Assembly: GCA_965228875.1 (NCBI GenBank)
Contig: OZ245843.1
Location: 2,772,616 to 2,836,615, forward strand
Source of the DNA: Thalassobaculaceae bacterium
Lineage (GTDB): Bacteria > Pseudomonadota > Alphaproteobacteria > Thalassobaculales > Thalassobaculaceae
Length of the DNA stretch: 64,000 bases
Direction of reading: 5' to 3'
Below the pieces are notes generated by a model that was not told where the DNA came from, ran no database searches, and saw only the letters and a list, made by a program, of their open reading frames with translations. Position numbers and translations under genes: made by a program. Below, piece after piece: positions 1 to 9,400 of the stretch (position 1 is the stretch's first letter; each line of letters opens with the position of its first letter).

Positions 1-950
1 CGTACGGCACGGCCTCCCGGCAGCCGGCGAGGGAACACTCGTGCACGGTGGTCATCGTCTCGTACCGGACCGGGCCCGTGCTCCTCGACAGCGTCGGTGC
101 GGCCCTCTCCCAGGAGGGGGTGAAGCAGGTCGTCCTGGTCGACAATGGCAACACCGCCGAAACGCGCACGGCGATCGACGAGCGAGCGGCCGAGGACGAC
201 CGGCTCGTCGTGGTGCGCGGCCAGGGGAATGTGGGCTTCGCGAAGGGATGCAATCTCGGCGTCCGCTATGCCAGATCGGCCTATGCCCTGCTGCTGAATC
301 CGGACTGCATTCTCCGGCCCGGCGTCGTCAATCGGGTGTTCGAGGTGTTCGACGACGCACCGGAAGCCGCCATGGTGACGGTGCGGATCGAGAACCTGGA
401 CGGATCGGAGCAGCGCGGCGGCCGGCGCAACCTGATGACGCCGTGGACCTGTTTGGTCGAGCTGTTCCGCCTCGACAAGTTGATGCCGGACCATCCGCAC
501 TTCCAGCGCCTGAACCTGAACGAGACCGAGCCGCTGGAGACGGTCACCGCGGTTCAGTGCATCTCCGGCGCCTTCATGATGATGCCGACCGAGGTCTACA
601 ACACGCTTGGCGGCATGGATGAGGACTACTTCCTGCACGTCGAGGACGTCGACCTTTGCATGCGCGTCGGCAAGTCCGGCCAGCAGATCCTGTTCGTTCC
701 GGACACCGCCGTCACCCACGTCAAGGGCACCAGCCGCGTCTCGCCCTTCACCGTGGAGTGGCACAAGTCGGTCAGCGCGACGAAGTATTTCCGTAAGCAT
801 TTCCGCCCGCAGTATCCGGACCTGATCCTGCGCATCATCAGCCTGGCGATCTTCGCCCGGCTCGCCTACAGGGCGATCCCGATTACCGTCGCCTGGATCG
901 CCGAGCGGCTGCGCAGCGGCCCTGGCCACACCCGGAGGATGCCGGACTGA
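1..950 (+). CDS. Glycosyltransferase family 2 (probably 5'-truncated by the window edge)
   Basis: GT2 motifs VIVSY, VDNG, NVGFAKGCNLG, LNPD, FLHVEDVDLC. The frame of ORF 48..950 stays open back to the window start. Confidence 0.85.
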   Translation, partial: YGTASRQPAREHSCTVVIVSYRTGPVLLDSVGAALSQEGVKQVVLVDNGNTAETRTAIDERAAEDDRLVVVRGQGNVGFAKGCNLGVRYARSAYALLLNPDCILRPGVVNRVFEVFDDAPEAAMVTVRIENLDGSEQRGGRRNLMTPWTCLVELFRLDKLMPDHPHFQRLNLNETEPLETVTAVQCISGAFMMMPTEVYNTLGGMDEDYFLHVEDVDLCMRVGKSGQQILFVPDTAVTHVKGTSRVSPFTVEWHKSVSATKYFRKHFRPQYPDLILRIISLAIFARLAYRAIPITVAWIAERLRSGPGHTRRMPD

Positions 951-999
951 CCGGTCGCCGGAGCACGGTCGCTTCGGATCGAACCGGTCGCGACCCGAT

Positions 1000-2901
1000 C
1001 TAATCCCGCCAGCCGTCCCGCAACCCACCGAGGATCGCCGACAGTTTCGCCCGCTTGTCGGTTTCGTAGGCCGCCGCCTTCCAGATGTCGTACAGCGCCG
1101 CGACCACATCCCAGGCGACCCAGGCGGGCACATCCCCCAGGTATCGCCGCCAGACCCTGACCCGGTTGCGGTGAATCATGCGCCGGCGCCAGGCAGCATG
1201 GGTGTTCAGGGCGACCCGCCGGCCCAGCACCTCGGTCTCGTGGAACTCGCCGAGGCGGTGATCGAGCACCGCATCGCCGATGCCGACGATCTCGAACCCC
1301 GCACGGCGCAGACGCAGACAGAATTCGATGTCGACGTAGTCGATGAAGAACGGTCCGGCCATCGGCCCCACCACGTCCAGCACCTCGCGACGGATCAGGC
1401 TGCCCGACGCGATGGCGAAGACGCCGTCGCGCACCACCGCGCCCGGCACCATCGACCCGCGCCGCAGGTCCCAGCCGTTCCGGCTGGCCAGCAGATACGG
1501 CTTCAGCGTGCCCTCGGCATCACTCAGTCTCGGCGACAGCAGGCCCACCCTGTCCCGATCGTCCAGTCCCGCCCAGCCGTCCAGCAGCCGGTCGACCATA
1601 TCCGGCGCCGGCACACTATCGTCGTCCAGCAGCAGGACCCAGTCGACCGCCGCGACGCGGGCGATCTCCAGCCCCCGGTTCTGCGCGGCGGCGAGTCCGA
1701 CATTCCCGTCGTTCTCGACCAGCGTCAGGGCCGGGTCGGCCGCCGCTCTGTCGCGGAGCCGGCGCCGTACCGGCTCGGAGCTCCCGTTGTCGATCAGGAT
1801 CACCCGCTCACACTGGCCGAGCGCCGAGTCCAGCACCGCATCGAGCGACGGATCGGGCTCGTGGCTGACGACCACGGCGGCGACACGGCGGTCCGTCGGC
1901 CCGGTCTCTCCGAGCCGCCAGACGAGGTCCGCGATCGGCCGGGCATCGATCCCACGACGCAGGTAGCGCAGCGGCGACCAGGTCATCGCCTTGAGCACCG
2001 GCGCGTCGTGGGCGACCCGCACCGCCGCCCGTTCCCGCAGCGATCTGGGCAGTCCGCGCACCGCCTCGCCAAGCGCGCGCACGCGGGCCGGCGCCCCGCC
2101 CCGGACCAGGGCCGCCAGCACCGCGGCCAGCGCCAGCGCCGCCATCACCGGCGCCAGCAGCAACGCCGCACCGCCCGGCATGCCGCGCGCGAAAGCCCAG
2201 ACCCGGTTGCGGGTCGCGTGCCGCAGCACGAAGCCGGACGGCGCCGAGCCGGAGCCGACATGGCGTACCAGCGCCCACGGGGTGACGATCGCGCTCCAGC
2301 CCGCCCGGCGAAGCCGCAGCGCCAGGTCCACGTCCTCGTAGTAGCAGAAGAACCGCTCGCAGAACCCGCCGACCTCCTCGAACGCCTCGCGCCGGTACAG
2401 GGCGGCCGCCGCGCAGGGGCCGAACACCCCGCTTTCCGCGACCGGCACCGCCAGACGGCCCCGGCCGCCGCGCCAGGCAGCGCCCCATGGGGCATAGGGG
2501 TCGCCGACGCCGTCGTAGCGGTCCGGATCGCCGTCGAGGAGCTGGACGGAGGCGACGCTGGCGGCCTCGGGGTGGCGCTCCGCGGCGGCGATCAGCGCGG
2601 CGAGCCATCCGGGGGCTGCGAAGGCGTCCGGGTTCAGCGTGACCAGGTAGCTCCCCCGCGCCGCGCGGGCGGCGAGGTTATTGGCGGCGGCGAAACCGAC
2701 ATTCTCGGGGCTGCGGATCACGGTCAGCCAGTCGCGCGGGGCGAGCGCCTCGACGGCGCCGTCGGTCGAGGCGTTGTCGACCAGGATCACCTCGAAGTCC
2801 CGACGGGTCTGGAGCTCCAGCGCATCGAGGCAGCGCCCGAGGTCCGGTCCCGACTGGAATGCGACAATGAGGATGGAGGCGGCAGGAGGCGCGGCGGGCA
2901 C
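1000..2901 (-). CDS. Two-domain GT2 glycosyltransferase (C-terminal domain rhamnosyltransferase-like)
   Basis: Two full GT2 motif sets: VDNASTD/NVGFAAANN/LNPD/YEDVDL and IDNGS/NVGLAAAQN/LLDDDS/FIDYVDIEFC. Confidence 0.85.
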   Translation of the reverse strand: MPAAPPAASILIVAFQSGPDLGRCLDALELQTRRDFEVILVDNASTDGAVEALAPRDWLTVIRSPENVGFAAANNLAARAARGSYLVTLNPDAFAAPGWLAALIAAAERHPEAASVASVQLLDGDPDRYDGVGDPYAPWGAAWRGGRGRLAVPVAESGVFGPCAAAALYRREAFEEVGGFCERFFCYYEDVDLALRLRRAGWSAIVTPWALVRHVGSGSAPSGFVLRHATRNRVWAFARGMPGGAALLLAPVMAALALAAVLAALVRGGAPARVRALGEAVRGLPRSLRERAAVRVAHDAPVLKAMTWSPLRYLRRGIDARPIADLVWRLGETGPTDRRVAAVVVSHEPDPSLDAVLDSALGQCERVILIDNGSSEPVRRRLRDRAAADPALTLVENDGNVGLAAAQNRGLEIARVAAVDWVLLLDDDSVPAPDMVDRLLDGWAGLDDRDRVGLLSPRLSDAEGTLKPYLLASRNGWDLRRGSMVPGAVVRDGVFAIASGSLIRREVLDVVGPMAGPFFIDYVDIEFCLRLRRAGFEIVGIGDAVLDHRLGEFHETEVLGRRVALNTHAAWRRRMIHRNRVRVWRRYLGDVPAWVAWDVVAALYDIWKAAAYETDKRAKLSAILGGLRDGWRD

Positions 2902-3103
2902 GTTCTCGATCGCTCGCTGGGACGACGGAGACCCACCCTAGTGCGTCAACGGCGATCTGGGAAACGCTTTGCCGCAGGGCGCCCGGATCGGCCGTGCGGT
3001 GCGACGAGGCCAGCCCACAGCGGTGCCGGCAGGCCGTCGCCCTTGACAGGCTCACCGCCGGGCGGGCCAATGCGCGAACCGCCCGAGCCACGCACAGGAC
3101 GCT

Positions 3104-4246
3104 ATGACCCGCTTCGTATCGCGTTTTCCGCTGCCGCCGATGAGCCTCGGAACCGAGCGCCACCTGGCCGTCCACACCTACGGCGACCCCGACGCCTCCC
3201 CGAAGGTCTACCTGCACGGCGGGCTGCATGCCGGCGAACTGCCGGGGCCGCTCGCCCTGCACCACCTCATCCGCAGGCTCGACGCCGCGGAGCACGAGAT
3301 CCTGGGCCACGTGATGATCGTGCCGATCGCCAACCCGATCGGCCAGTCCCAGGTGTCCCGCGGCGCCATGGCCGGCCGCTATGCCGAATCGGACGGCTCG
3401 AACTTCAACCGGGGCTTCGCCGATGTGTCGGACGAGATCGTCGAGGCCGTCCGCGGACAACTCGGCGCGGACGAGGACGCCAACCGCACCCTGGTGCGCG
3501 AGGCGATCGCCGACGCGCTCGCCGAACGGGCCGATGCGGCGACCACCGAGATCGACTATCTGCGGATCACGCTGCTGCGGCTGGCCTGCGACGCCGATGT
3601 CGTTCTCGACCTGCATTGCGAGGAGGAGGGACTTGTCCACCTCTATCTCGACGCGATGCACTGGCCCGCCGGACAGAATCTCGCGCGCGATCTCGACAGC
3701 CGGGTCACGCTGCTCAGTGAGGTGACGGGTGCGATGTCCTTCGACGAGGCGCTGGTCGCCCCCTGGCATCGGCTGCGGTCCGTCGGCAACGGCGCGCCGA
3801 TCCCGACCGGATGCCTCTCGGCGACGGTCGAGCTGCGCGGCGCCGCGGATGTCGGCGATGCCCTGGCCGAGGAGGATGCCGACCGGCTCTATCGGGTGCT
3901 GCAGCGGCAGGGCGTCGTCGCCGGCGGCGAGGATCTCGAGGCGGAGTCCGCCACCGTGCCACGCGCCGTACCGGTCGAAGGGATGGAGCGGGTGACGGCT
4001 CCCGTCCCCGGGATCGTCAGCTTCCGGGTGCAACTGGGAGCGGAGGTCGAACAGGGACAGCCGATCGCCGACCTGATCGATCCGACGGCCGACGATCCGG
4101 CCGAGGGGCGCGTCGAACTCACCGCCGGCACCGATGGCCTGCTGTTCGCCCGGCGGGCCCAACGCTTCGCCCATACCGGCGCCACCGTGGCGAAGATCGC
4201 GAGCGACCGCTCGGTCGCCACGTCGACCTCGCACCTGACGGACTGA
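3104..4246 (+). CDS. Succinylglutamate desuccinylase/aspartoacylase family (M14-type) hydrolase
   Basis: GGLHAGE, ANPIG, NFNR, DLHC and TVELRG motifs, plus a C-terminal biotinyl-like barrel. Confidence 0.85.
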   Translation: MTRFVSRFPLPPMSLGTERHLAVHTYGDPDASPKVYLHGGLHAGELPGPLALHHLIRRLDAAEHEILGHVMIVPIANPIGQSQVSRGAMAGRYAESDGSNFNRGFADVSDEIVEAVRGQLGADEDANRTLVREAIADALAERADAATTEIDYLRITLLRLACDADVVLDLHCEEEGLVHLYLDAMHWPAGQNLARDLDSRVTLLSEVTGAMSFDEALVAPWHRLRSVGNGAPIPTGCLSATVELRGAADVGDALAEEDADRLYRVLQRQGVVAGGEDLEAESATVPRAVPVEGMERVTAPVPGIVSFRVQLGAEVEQGQPIADLIDPTADDPAEGRVELTAGTDGLLFARRAQRFAHTGATVAKIASDRSVATSTSHLTD

Positions 4247-4250
4247 ACGG

Positions 4251-4274
4251 TCCGGCGGGCCGCGACCCGCCGGA
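4251..4274. terminator. GC-rich hairpin between convergent genes
   Basis: TCCGGCGGG-N6-CCCGCCGGA between the stops at 4246 and 4284; no U-tract. Confidence 0.45.
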
Positions 4275-4283
4275 ACCGGCCCG

Positions 4284-5128
<845 letters not shown>

Positions 5129-5132
<4 letters not shown>

Positions 5133-5635
5133 ACCACCATGCCCCGACGGTGGTCGCCGACATTGACGCGCTCCGGCTCGAAGGCGGCCTTCAGCACGTC
5201 GATCGCCTTGTGCGGCTGCGCGTCGCCGCACATGAACACGTCGAACGCGGCGTAGTCGCATTCCGGCCAGGTGTGGACGGAGATGTGGGACTCGGCGAGC
5301 ACGGCCACCCCCGACACCCCGCCGTTGGGCGAGAAGTGGTGCAGGTGGATGTGCAGCAGCGTCGCGCCGGCCTCGGTCACGCACTCCTTCAGCGCGGTCT
5401 CGATATGCTCGATGTCGTCGAGCCGGGACGCGCCCCAGAGGTCGATGATGAGGTGGGTACCCGCGAAGGTCAGACCGTCGCGCTTGACGAAATGGTCGAA
5501 CCGTTCGTCCGAACTGCTGAAACCCGTGGAGGGAAGCCGGATAACATTGTCGTCGTTGTGACGACGGGCGGATTCGTCTTGGAATTCGCTCGGCTGAGTG
5601 GCCGAGTCCATCCCCAATTCGGCGGTGAGTTTCAT
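5129..5635 (-). CDS. speD: S-adenosylmethionine decarboxylase proenzyme
   Basis: GTHLIIDL, GVSGVAVLAESHISVHTWPE (ESH pyruvoyl cleavage site) and DVFMCG; AGGAGG RBS upstream. Confidence 0.95.
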
Positions 5636-5732
5636 TTCTCACTCCTCCTAACCAGAAGATTGACCCAGCTACCCTTAGACCCTCCACCCCCATGGACCAC
5701 GCGGGGCCCTACGGGACGAGCGGAATGGGCAG

Positions 5733-5762
5733 ACAAGAAAACCCACCCCAAGGGGGCGGGCC
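5733..5762 (-). terminator. Intrinsic terminator-like hairpin in the speD leader
   Basis: Minus strand GGCCCGCCCC-CTT-GGGGTGGGTT running into TTTTCTT, about 100 nt upstream of the speD ATG. Confidence 0.55.
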
Positions 5763-5765
5763 ATA

Positions 5766-5867
5766 TCACGAGTCTTCGCCGTGTGGACCGGACGATCGTC
5801 GTGCAGGCAGTGCGTCGAGTTCACCTCCGTAGGGGGACTTACCCCTGACGCCAATTTCCCGATCCAT
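5766..5867 (-). CDS. Putative 33-aa leader peptide upstream of speD
   Basis: GGAGG-N5-ATG, then MDREIGVRGKSPYGGELDALPARRSSGPHGEDS*; the stop abuts the terminator hairpin. Codon usage is atypical, so it may not be translated. Confidence 0.3.
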   Translation of the reverse strand: MDREIGVRGKSPYGGELDALPARRSSGPHGEDS

Positions 5868-5974
5868 CTCCGCCTCCCAGAGGCGCGAGCCGCCGGAGGG
5901 TTTTCTGGACCAAAAAGAAAGGCCCGGATCCGAGGGGCGCTCAACCCCGCCGTTTCCCGGCCCTTCTGGCGCGG

Positions 5975-6003
5975 AAGATGAAGACGATTGCCCCGGGGGT
6001 CAA
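5975..6003 (-). promoter_or_regulatory. Putative sigma70 promoter for speD-speE
   Basis: Minus strand TTGACC-N17-CATCTT. Confidence 0.35.
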
Positions 6004-6098
6004 GGGGATTCGTGCGGGTTTTCGCGGCATATCCGGCTTGACCCTCGCGCATGGCTCGGGGCTAGCTCACCGGATCATTTCCGGTTGTGGAGACCGCC

Positions 6099-6740
6099 AT
6101 GCCTCTCGATCTCTGGATCGCCTTCGTCACCGCCTCGCTGGCCATCCTCCTGCTGCCCGGGCCGACCGTCCTGCTGGTGGTCGGCTACGCCATGGGATCC
6201 GGCCGGAGGGCCGCGTTCGGCGCGCTCGGCGGCGTGCTGGCAGGCGATCTCGTCGCCCTGATCGTCTCCGCGGTCGGGCTCGGCGCCATCCTGGCGAGCT
6301 CCGCCAACGTGTTCACGGTGATGAAGTTCGCCGGCGCCGCCTACCTGATCTGGCTCGGCATCAGGATGTGGCGCGCGCCGGTCGATCCGCACGCGGTCGA
6401 CGCCGCCGAGGCCGCCGCATCCGGCGCCCGGCGCGGCGAGGGCCGGCGGCGGGCCCTGCACGGCTTCATCGTCACCGCCCTGAACCCCAAGCTGATCGCC
6501 TTCTTCGTCGCCTTCCTGCCGCAGTTCATGACGCCGCACGCCCCGGTGCTGGACCAGTTGCTGGTGCTGGCGCCGACCTTCCTGGCGGTCTCGGTGGTGA
6601 CCAACGGGTTCTATGCCTTGGCCGCCAGCGCCGCCCGCGACCGCCTGCGCTCGCCCCGTGCGCTGAAGGCGATCAACCGGGTCGGGGCCGGCTGCCTGAT
6701 CGGCGCCGGGCTGATGACGGCGGCGCTGAGGCGGGCGTGA
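6099..6740 (+). CDS. LysE/RhtB family amino-acid exporter
   Basis: LPGP, KFAGAAYLIWLG and ALNPK motifs; hydrophobic; GGAG RBS before ATG 6099. Confidence 0.9.
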   Translation: MPLDLWIAFVTASLAILLLPGPTVLLVVGYAMGSGRRAAFGALGGVLAGDLVALIVSAVGLGAILASSANVFTVMKFAGAAYLIWLGIRMWRAPVDPHAVDAAEAAASGARRGEGRRRALHGFIVTALNPKLIAFFVAFLPQFMTPHAPVLDQLLVLAPTFLAVSVVTNGFYALAASAARDRLRSPRALKAINRVGAGCLIGAGLMTAALRRA

Positions 6741-7411
6741 GGGTCATCGCCGCCCTGGCCCTGATCGCCACCCTAGCCGCCTGCCAGACGACCACGGTGA
6801 CGGACGACCGGTTCGTCCGCTTCTTCGACGAGATGGCGTTCGGCGGCGGAACCGACGGCGCCGGCCGGAAATCGAACACACTGATGCGTTGGGATGGCGT
6901 CTGGACGTGGTCGGTCGAGGGATCCTCCGCCTTCGTCGAGATCGTTCAGGCGCGCATGTCCCGCATCCTCGATATCGCCGATATGGAGGGCGAGCGGGTC
7001 GAGACCGGCGCCAAGGTGCGCATCATCCAGGACCCTGAGGGCACAACCTACCCCCTGCATCGGAACCTGACGCACTGCAAGATCCAGTTCCAACAGCGCA
7101 GCGACCGAATTCTCAGTTCCGAGATCCGGATCGCGGTGAGCGATCCTGAGACCATCGGCCACTGCATCGACCATGAACTGATGCACGGCCTCGGGTTCCG
7201 GTTCCATTCGGCCGCGATCTCGTCGGTGATGAGCCCCTTTCACAGTCACAAGACCCTGAGCCGTTGGGACGTCATGGCGATCCGTGCGCTCATGTCACCC
7301 GAGATGTCCGCAGGCCACGCGCGGAACAGGGTTCTGGCCAAGGTCACGACAATGCTCCCGGCACTTCGTATCTATGCCGAGCGCGACATCCAGACATTCG
7401 AAAGCGAGTAG
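6737..7411 (+). CDS. Lipoprotein with HExxH zinc-metallopeptidase motif (DUF2927-like)
   Basis: GTGA overlap with the LysE stop; lipobox LAA-C; CIDHELMHGLG. Confidence 0.7.
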   Translation: MRVIAALALIATLAACQTTTVTDDRFVRFFDEMAFGGGTDGAGRKSNTLMRWDGVWTWSVEGSSAFVEIVQARMSRILDIADMEGERVETGAKVRIIQDPEGTTYPLHRNLTHCKIQFQQRSDRILSSEIRIAVSDPETIGHCIDHELMHGLGFRFHSAAISSVMSPFHSHKTLSRWDVMAIRALMSPEMSAGHARNRVLAKVTTMLPALRIYAERDIQTFESE

Positions 7412-7415
7412 ATCG

Positions 7416-7982
7416 ATGCTGAGAATCCCGACCTTTGTCGCCGTTGTCCTTGTGCTGCTGGCCCCTGCGGGCGCGGCTTGGGCCCAGGGAGCCGATTGGT
7501 CGTCCCTCGACGCCTCGCAGACAAAGGTTCTTCTCGACCTGCCGGAGGCCGAGGGCCAAGGACTCTATTTTCGGTCACAGTCAGAGAACTACTCGGCGAC
7601 GCGGTACCTGGCCCGCTATCCCACCGACATCCACAAGCTCGACGGCGCCTTGCTGATCTATATCGAGCTATCGCCGGGCTATCATTTCCGGACTCCCTTC
7701 GAAGCGGACAAGGTCATTGAGTGGACTCTGGATGCGGGCACAGTCGTCCCTGGTCGCGTGCTGACGGTCAGGACGCCACGGGGGCCATTGAGCGTTCGAC
7801 TGTTCTCCCTCGACGGAAAGATTCAGTGCGGCGCTTTCTCGCAGACCTGGGGCCAGGGCGGGACGATGACGACCTCGGAGGGCACCCGCAGGCTGATGGG
7901 GTACATGTGCGAAGAACCCGGCCAAGCGGTCACTCAGGAGCGGATCGAGACGGCCGCGTCCGCCATCGTCGTACGCGACTGA
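7416..7982 (+). CDS. Hypothetical secreted protein
   Basis: Signal peptide MLRIPTFVAVVLVLLAPAGAAWA; two Cys near the C-terminus; starts 4 bp after the upstream stop. Confidence 0.65.
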   Translation: MLRIPTFVAVVLVLLAPAGAAWAQGADWSSLDASQTKVLLDLPEAEGQGLYFRSQSENYSATRYLARYPTDIHKLDGALLIYIELSPGYHFRTPFEADKVIEWTLDAGTVVPGRVLTVRTPRGPLSVRLFSLDGKIQCGAFSQTWGQGGTMTTSEGTRRLMGYMCEEPGQAVTQERIETAASAIVVRD

Positions 7983-8069
7983 CGGACCCGCCACGACCGG
8001 CGGAAGCATTGTAGAGATCGGTTGTCGTCGCCATCTGCGGCTGGTCGGTCGGATTGGGGGACTCACCGG

Positions 8070-8894
8070 ATGCATTGGCTGCGGATCGTCACCTATTCGC
8101 TCGTGGTCGTGTTCTCGGTCTTCGCCTTCGCCGCCTCGGAGATCTGGCCGGAACACTCGGATCTCTTGCTCAACCTGTTCGCCGAGGCCATCGGCGTCGC
8201 CTTCATCGTCGTCGTCGTCGAGAACCTGATCCGCCTCGCCGACCAGCGGCGCTCGAAGCCCGCCCGCTATGCCGCGTTCAAGGAGACGCTGCTGGTCTAC
8301 AACCGGCTGGTAACCCTCTGGTTCCAGATGGTCCAGGCGGCGTTCAAGGCGGACCGGCACGGCGGTATCCTGGAGATTGAGGACATCCGCCTGCTCGACC
8401 CCCGGTTCGGCGAGATCGTGATGCGCCTGAACCTGGACGCCGAGGCGCCGGTGCGCCCGAAGCGCAATTGGCGCTACTTCCTCGCCCACCAGATCGACCA
8501 TATCGAGCGCAGCATCGACCGCTGCCTGCAGCGCTACTCCGCGTTTATGGAGCCGGAGCTGATCCAGTGCCTGCAGGAACTGGAGCAGACCAGCTTCTTC
8601 CAGTACGGCAAGCTGCAGACCTCGCTGCCGGCCATCGCCGAGGAGCTCGGCGTTCGCCAGAGCCCGTATTTCGGCTGGGGCGGGAAGTCGTCGGCGGGCG
8701 AACTGATCGGCCCGCTGAACCGGCTGGCCGTCCTGCTGGCACGCTACCGCCCCGGCTTCGACGGCATGCCGGGTATTCCCGCGGCCATCGACCACGAGCA
8801 CCGCTCCGAACTGGCGCTCCTGCGCAGGCCCGCCAGGGTCGGTGCGCCGGACATTCCGACCAGCGCGCGATCGGTTCAGATCGAATCGATCTGA
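8070..8894 (+). CDS. Hypothetical membrane protein (two N-terminal TM segments)
   Basis: Host-like codon bias; two hydrophobic stretches followed by a helical soluble domain. Confidence 0.7.
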   Translation: MHWLRIVTYSLVVVFSVFAFAASEIWPEHSDLLLNLFAEAIGVAFIVVVVENLIRLADQRRSKPARYAAFKETLLVYNRLVTLWFQMVQAAFKADRHGGILEIEDIRLLDPRFGEIVMRLNLDAEAPVRPKRNWRYFLAHQIDHIERSIDRCLQRYSAFMEPELIQCLQELEQTSFFQYGKLQTSLPAIAEELGVRQSPYFGWGGKSSAGELIGPLNRLAVLLARYRPGFDGMPGIPAAIDHEHRSELALLRRPARVGAPDIPTSARSVQIESI

Positions 8895-8975
8895 ACCGTG
8901 AATCGCTCTCTAAGCCAATAGAGATAGAGCAAATTCACACGATCAGATGGTTCCATCCGATCGTGATTTGCTCTA
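8861..8975. repeat. Tandem palindromic MITE/RIME-like element
   Basis: Palindrome CGGTTCAGATCGA-A-TCGATCTGAACCG (8872-8898), then TAGAGCAAAT...CACGATC...GATCGTG-ATTTGCTCTA (8925-8975). One arm recurs at 55621. Confidence 0.65.
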
Positions 8976-9371
8976 AGCCGGCCGCCTGACGACGAAATCG
9001 ATCTCCACCAGCGCGCCGCGCGCCAGGCCGGTCACGCCGATACAGGTGCGCGCCGGCCGGCGGTCCTCGGCGAAATAGCGGGCATAGACCGCGTTCATGG
9101 CGGCGTAGTCGCGCTCGAAATCGGTGATGAAGACGCGGGCCTGGACCACATGCTCGAAGCCGAGGCCGAGCCCCTCCAGCACCCGGCGCAGGTTGTCCAT
9201 GGTCTTGACGGTCTGCGCCTCGATGCCGTCGGGCAGCGGGGTCGAGTCGTCGTCCGGATCGGTGGCGAGCTGGCCGGTGACCAGGACCCAGCCGTCGACC
9301 TCGACCGCGTGGCTGTACGGCGCGACGGGAGCGGGAGCACCCGCCAGCATGTGAAAGACCGGTGCGCTCAT
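8973..9371 (-). CDS. RidA/YjgF/UK114 family protein
   Basis: APYSHAV, VTGQL, MNAVYARYF, PARTCIGV, LVEID. Confidence 0.9.
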   Translation of the reverse strand: MSAPVFHMLAGAPAPVAPYSHAVEVDGWVLVTGQLATDPDDDSTPLPDGIEAQTVKTMDNLRRVLEGLGLGFEHVVQARVFITDFERDYAAMNAVYARYFAEDRRPARTCIGVTGLARGALVEIDFVVRRPA

Positions 9372-9400
9372 TCCCTTCTCCTCAACGAAATCCGGTGCGG

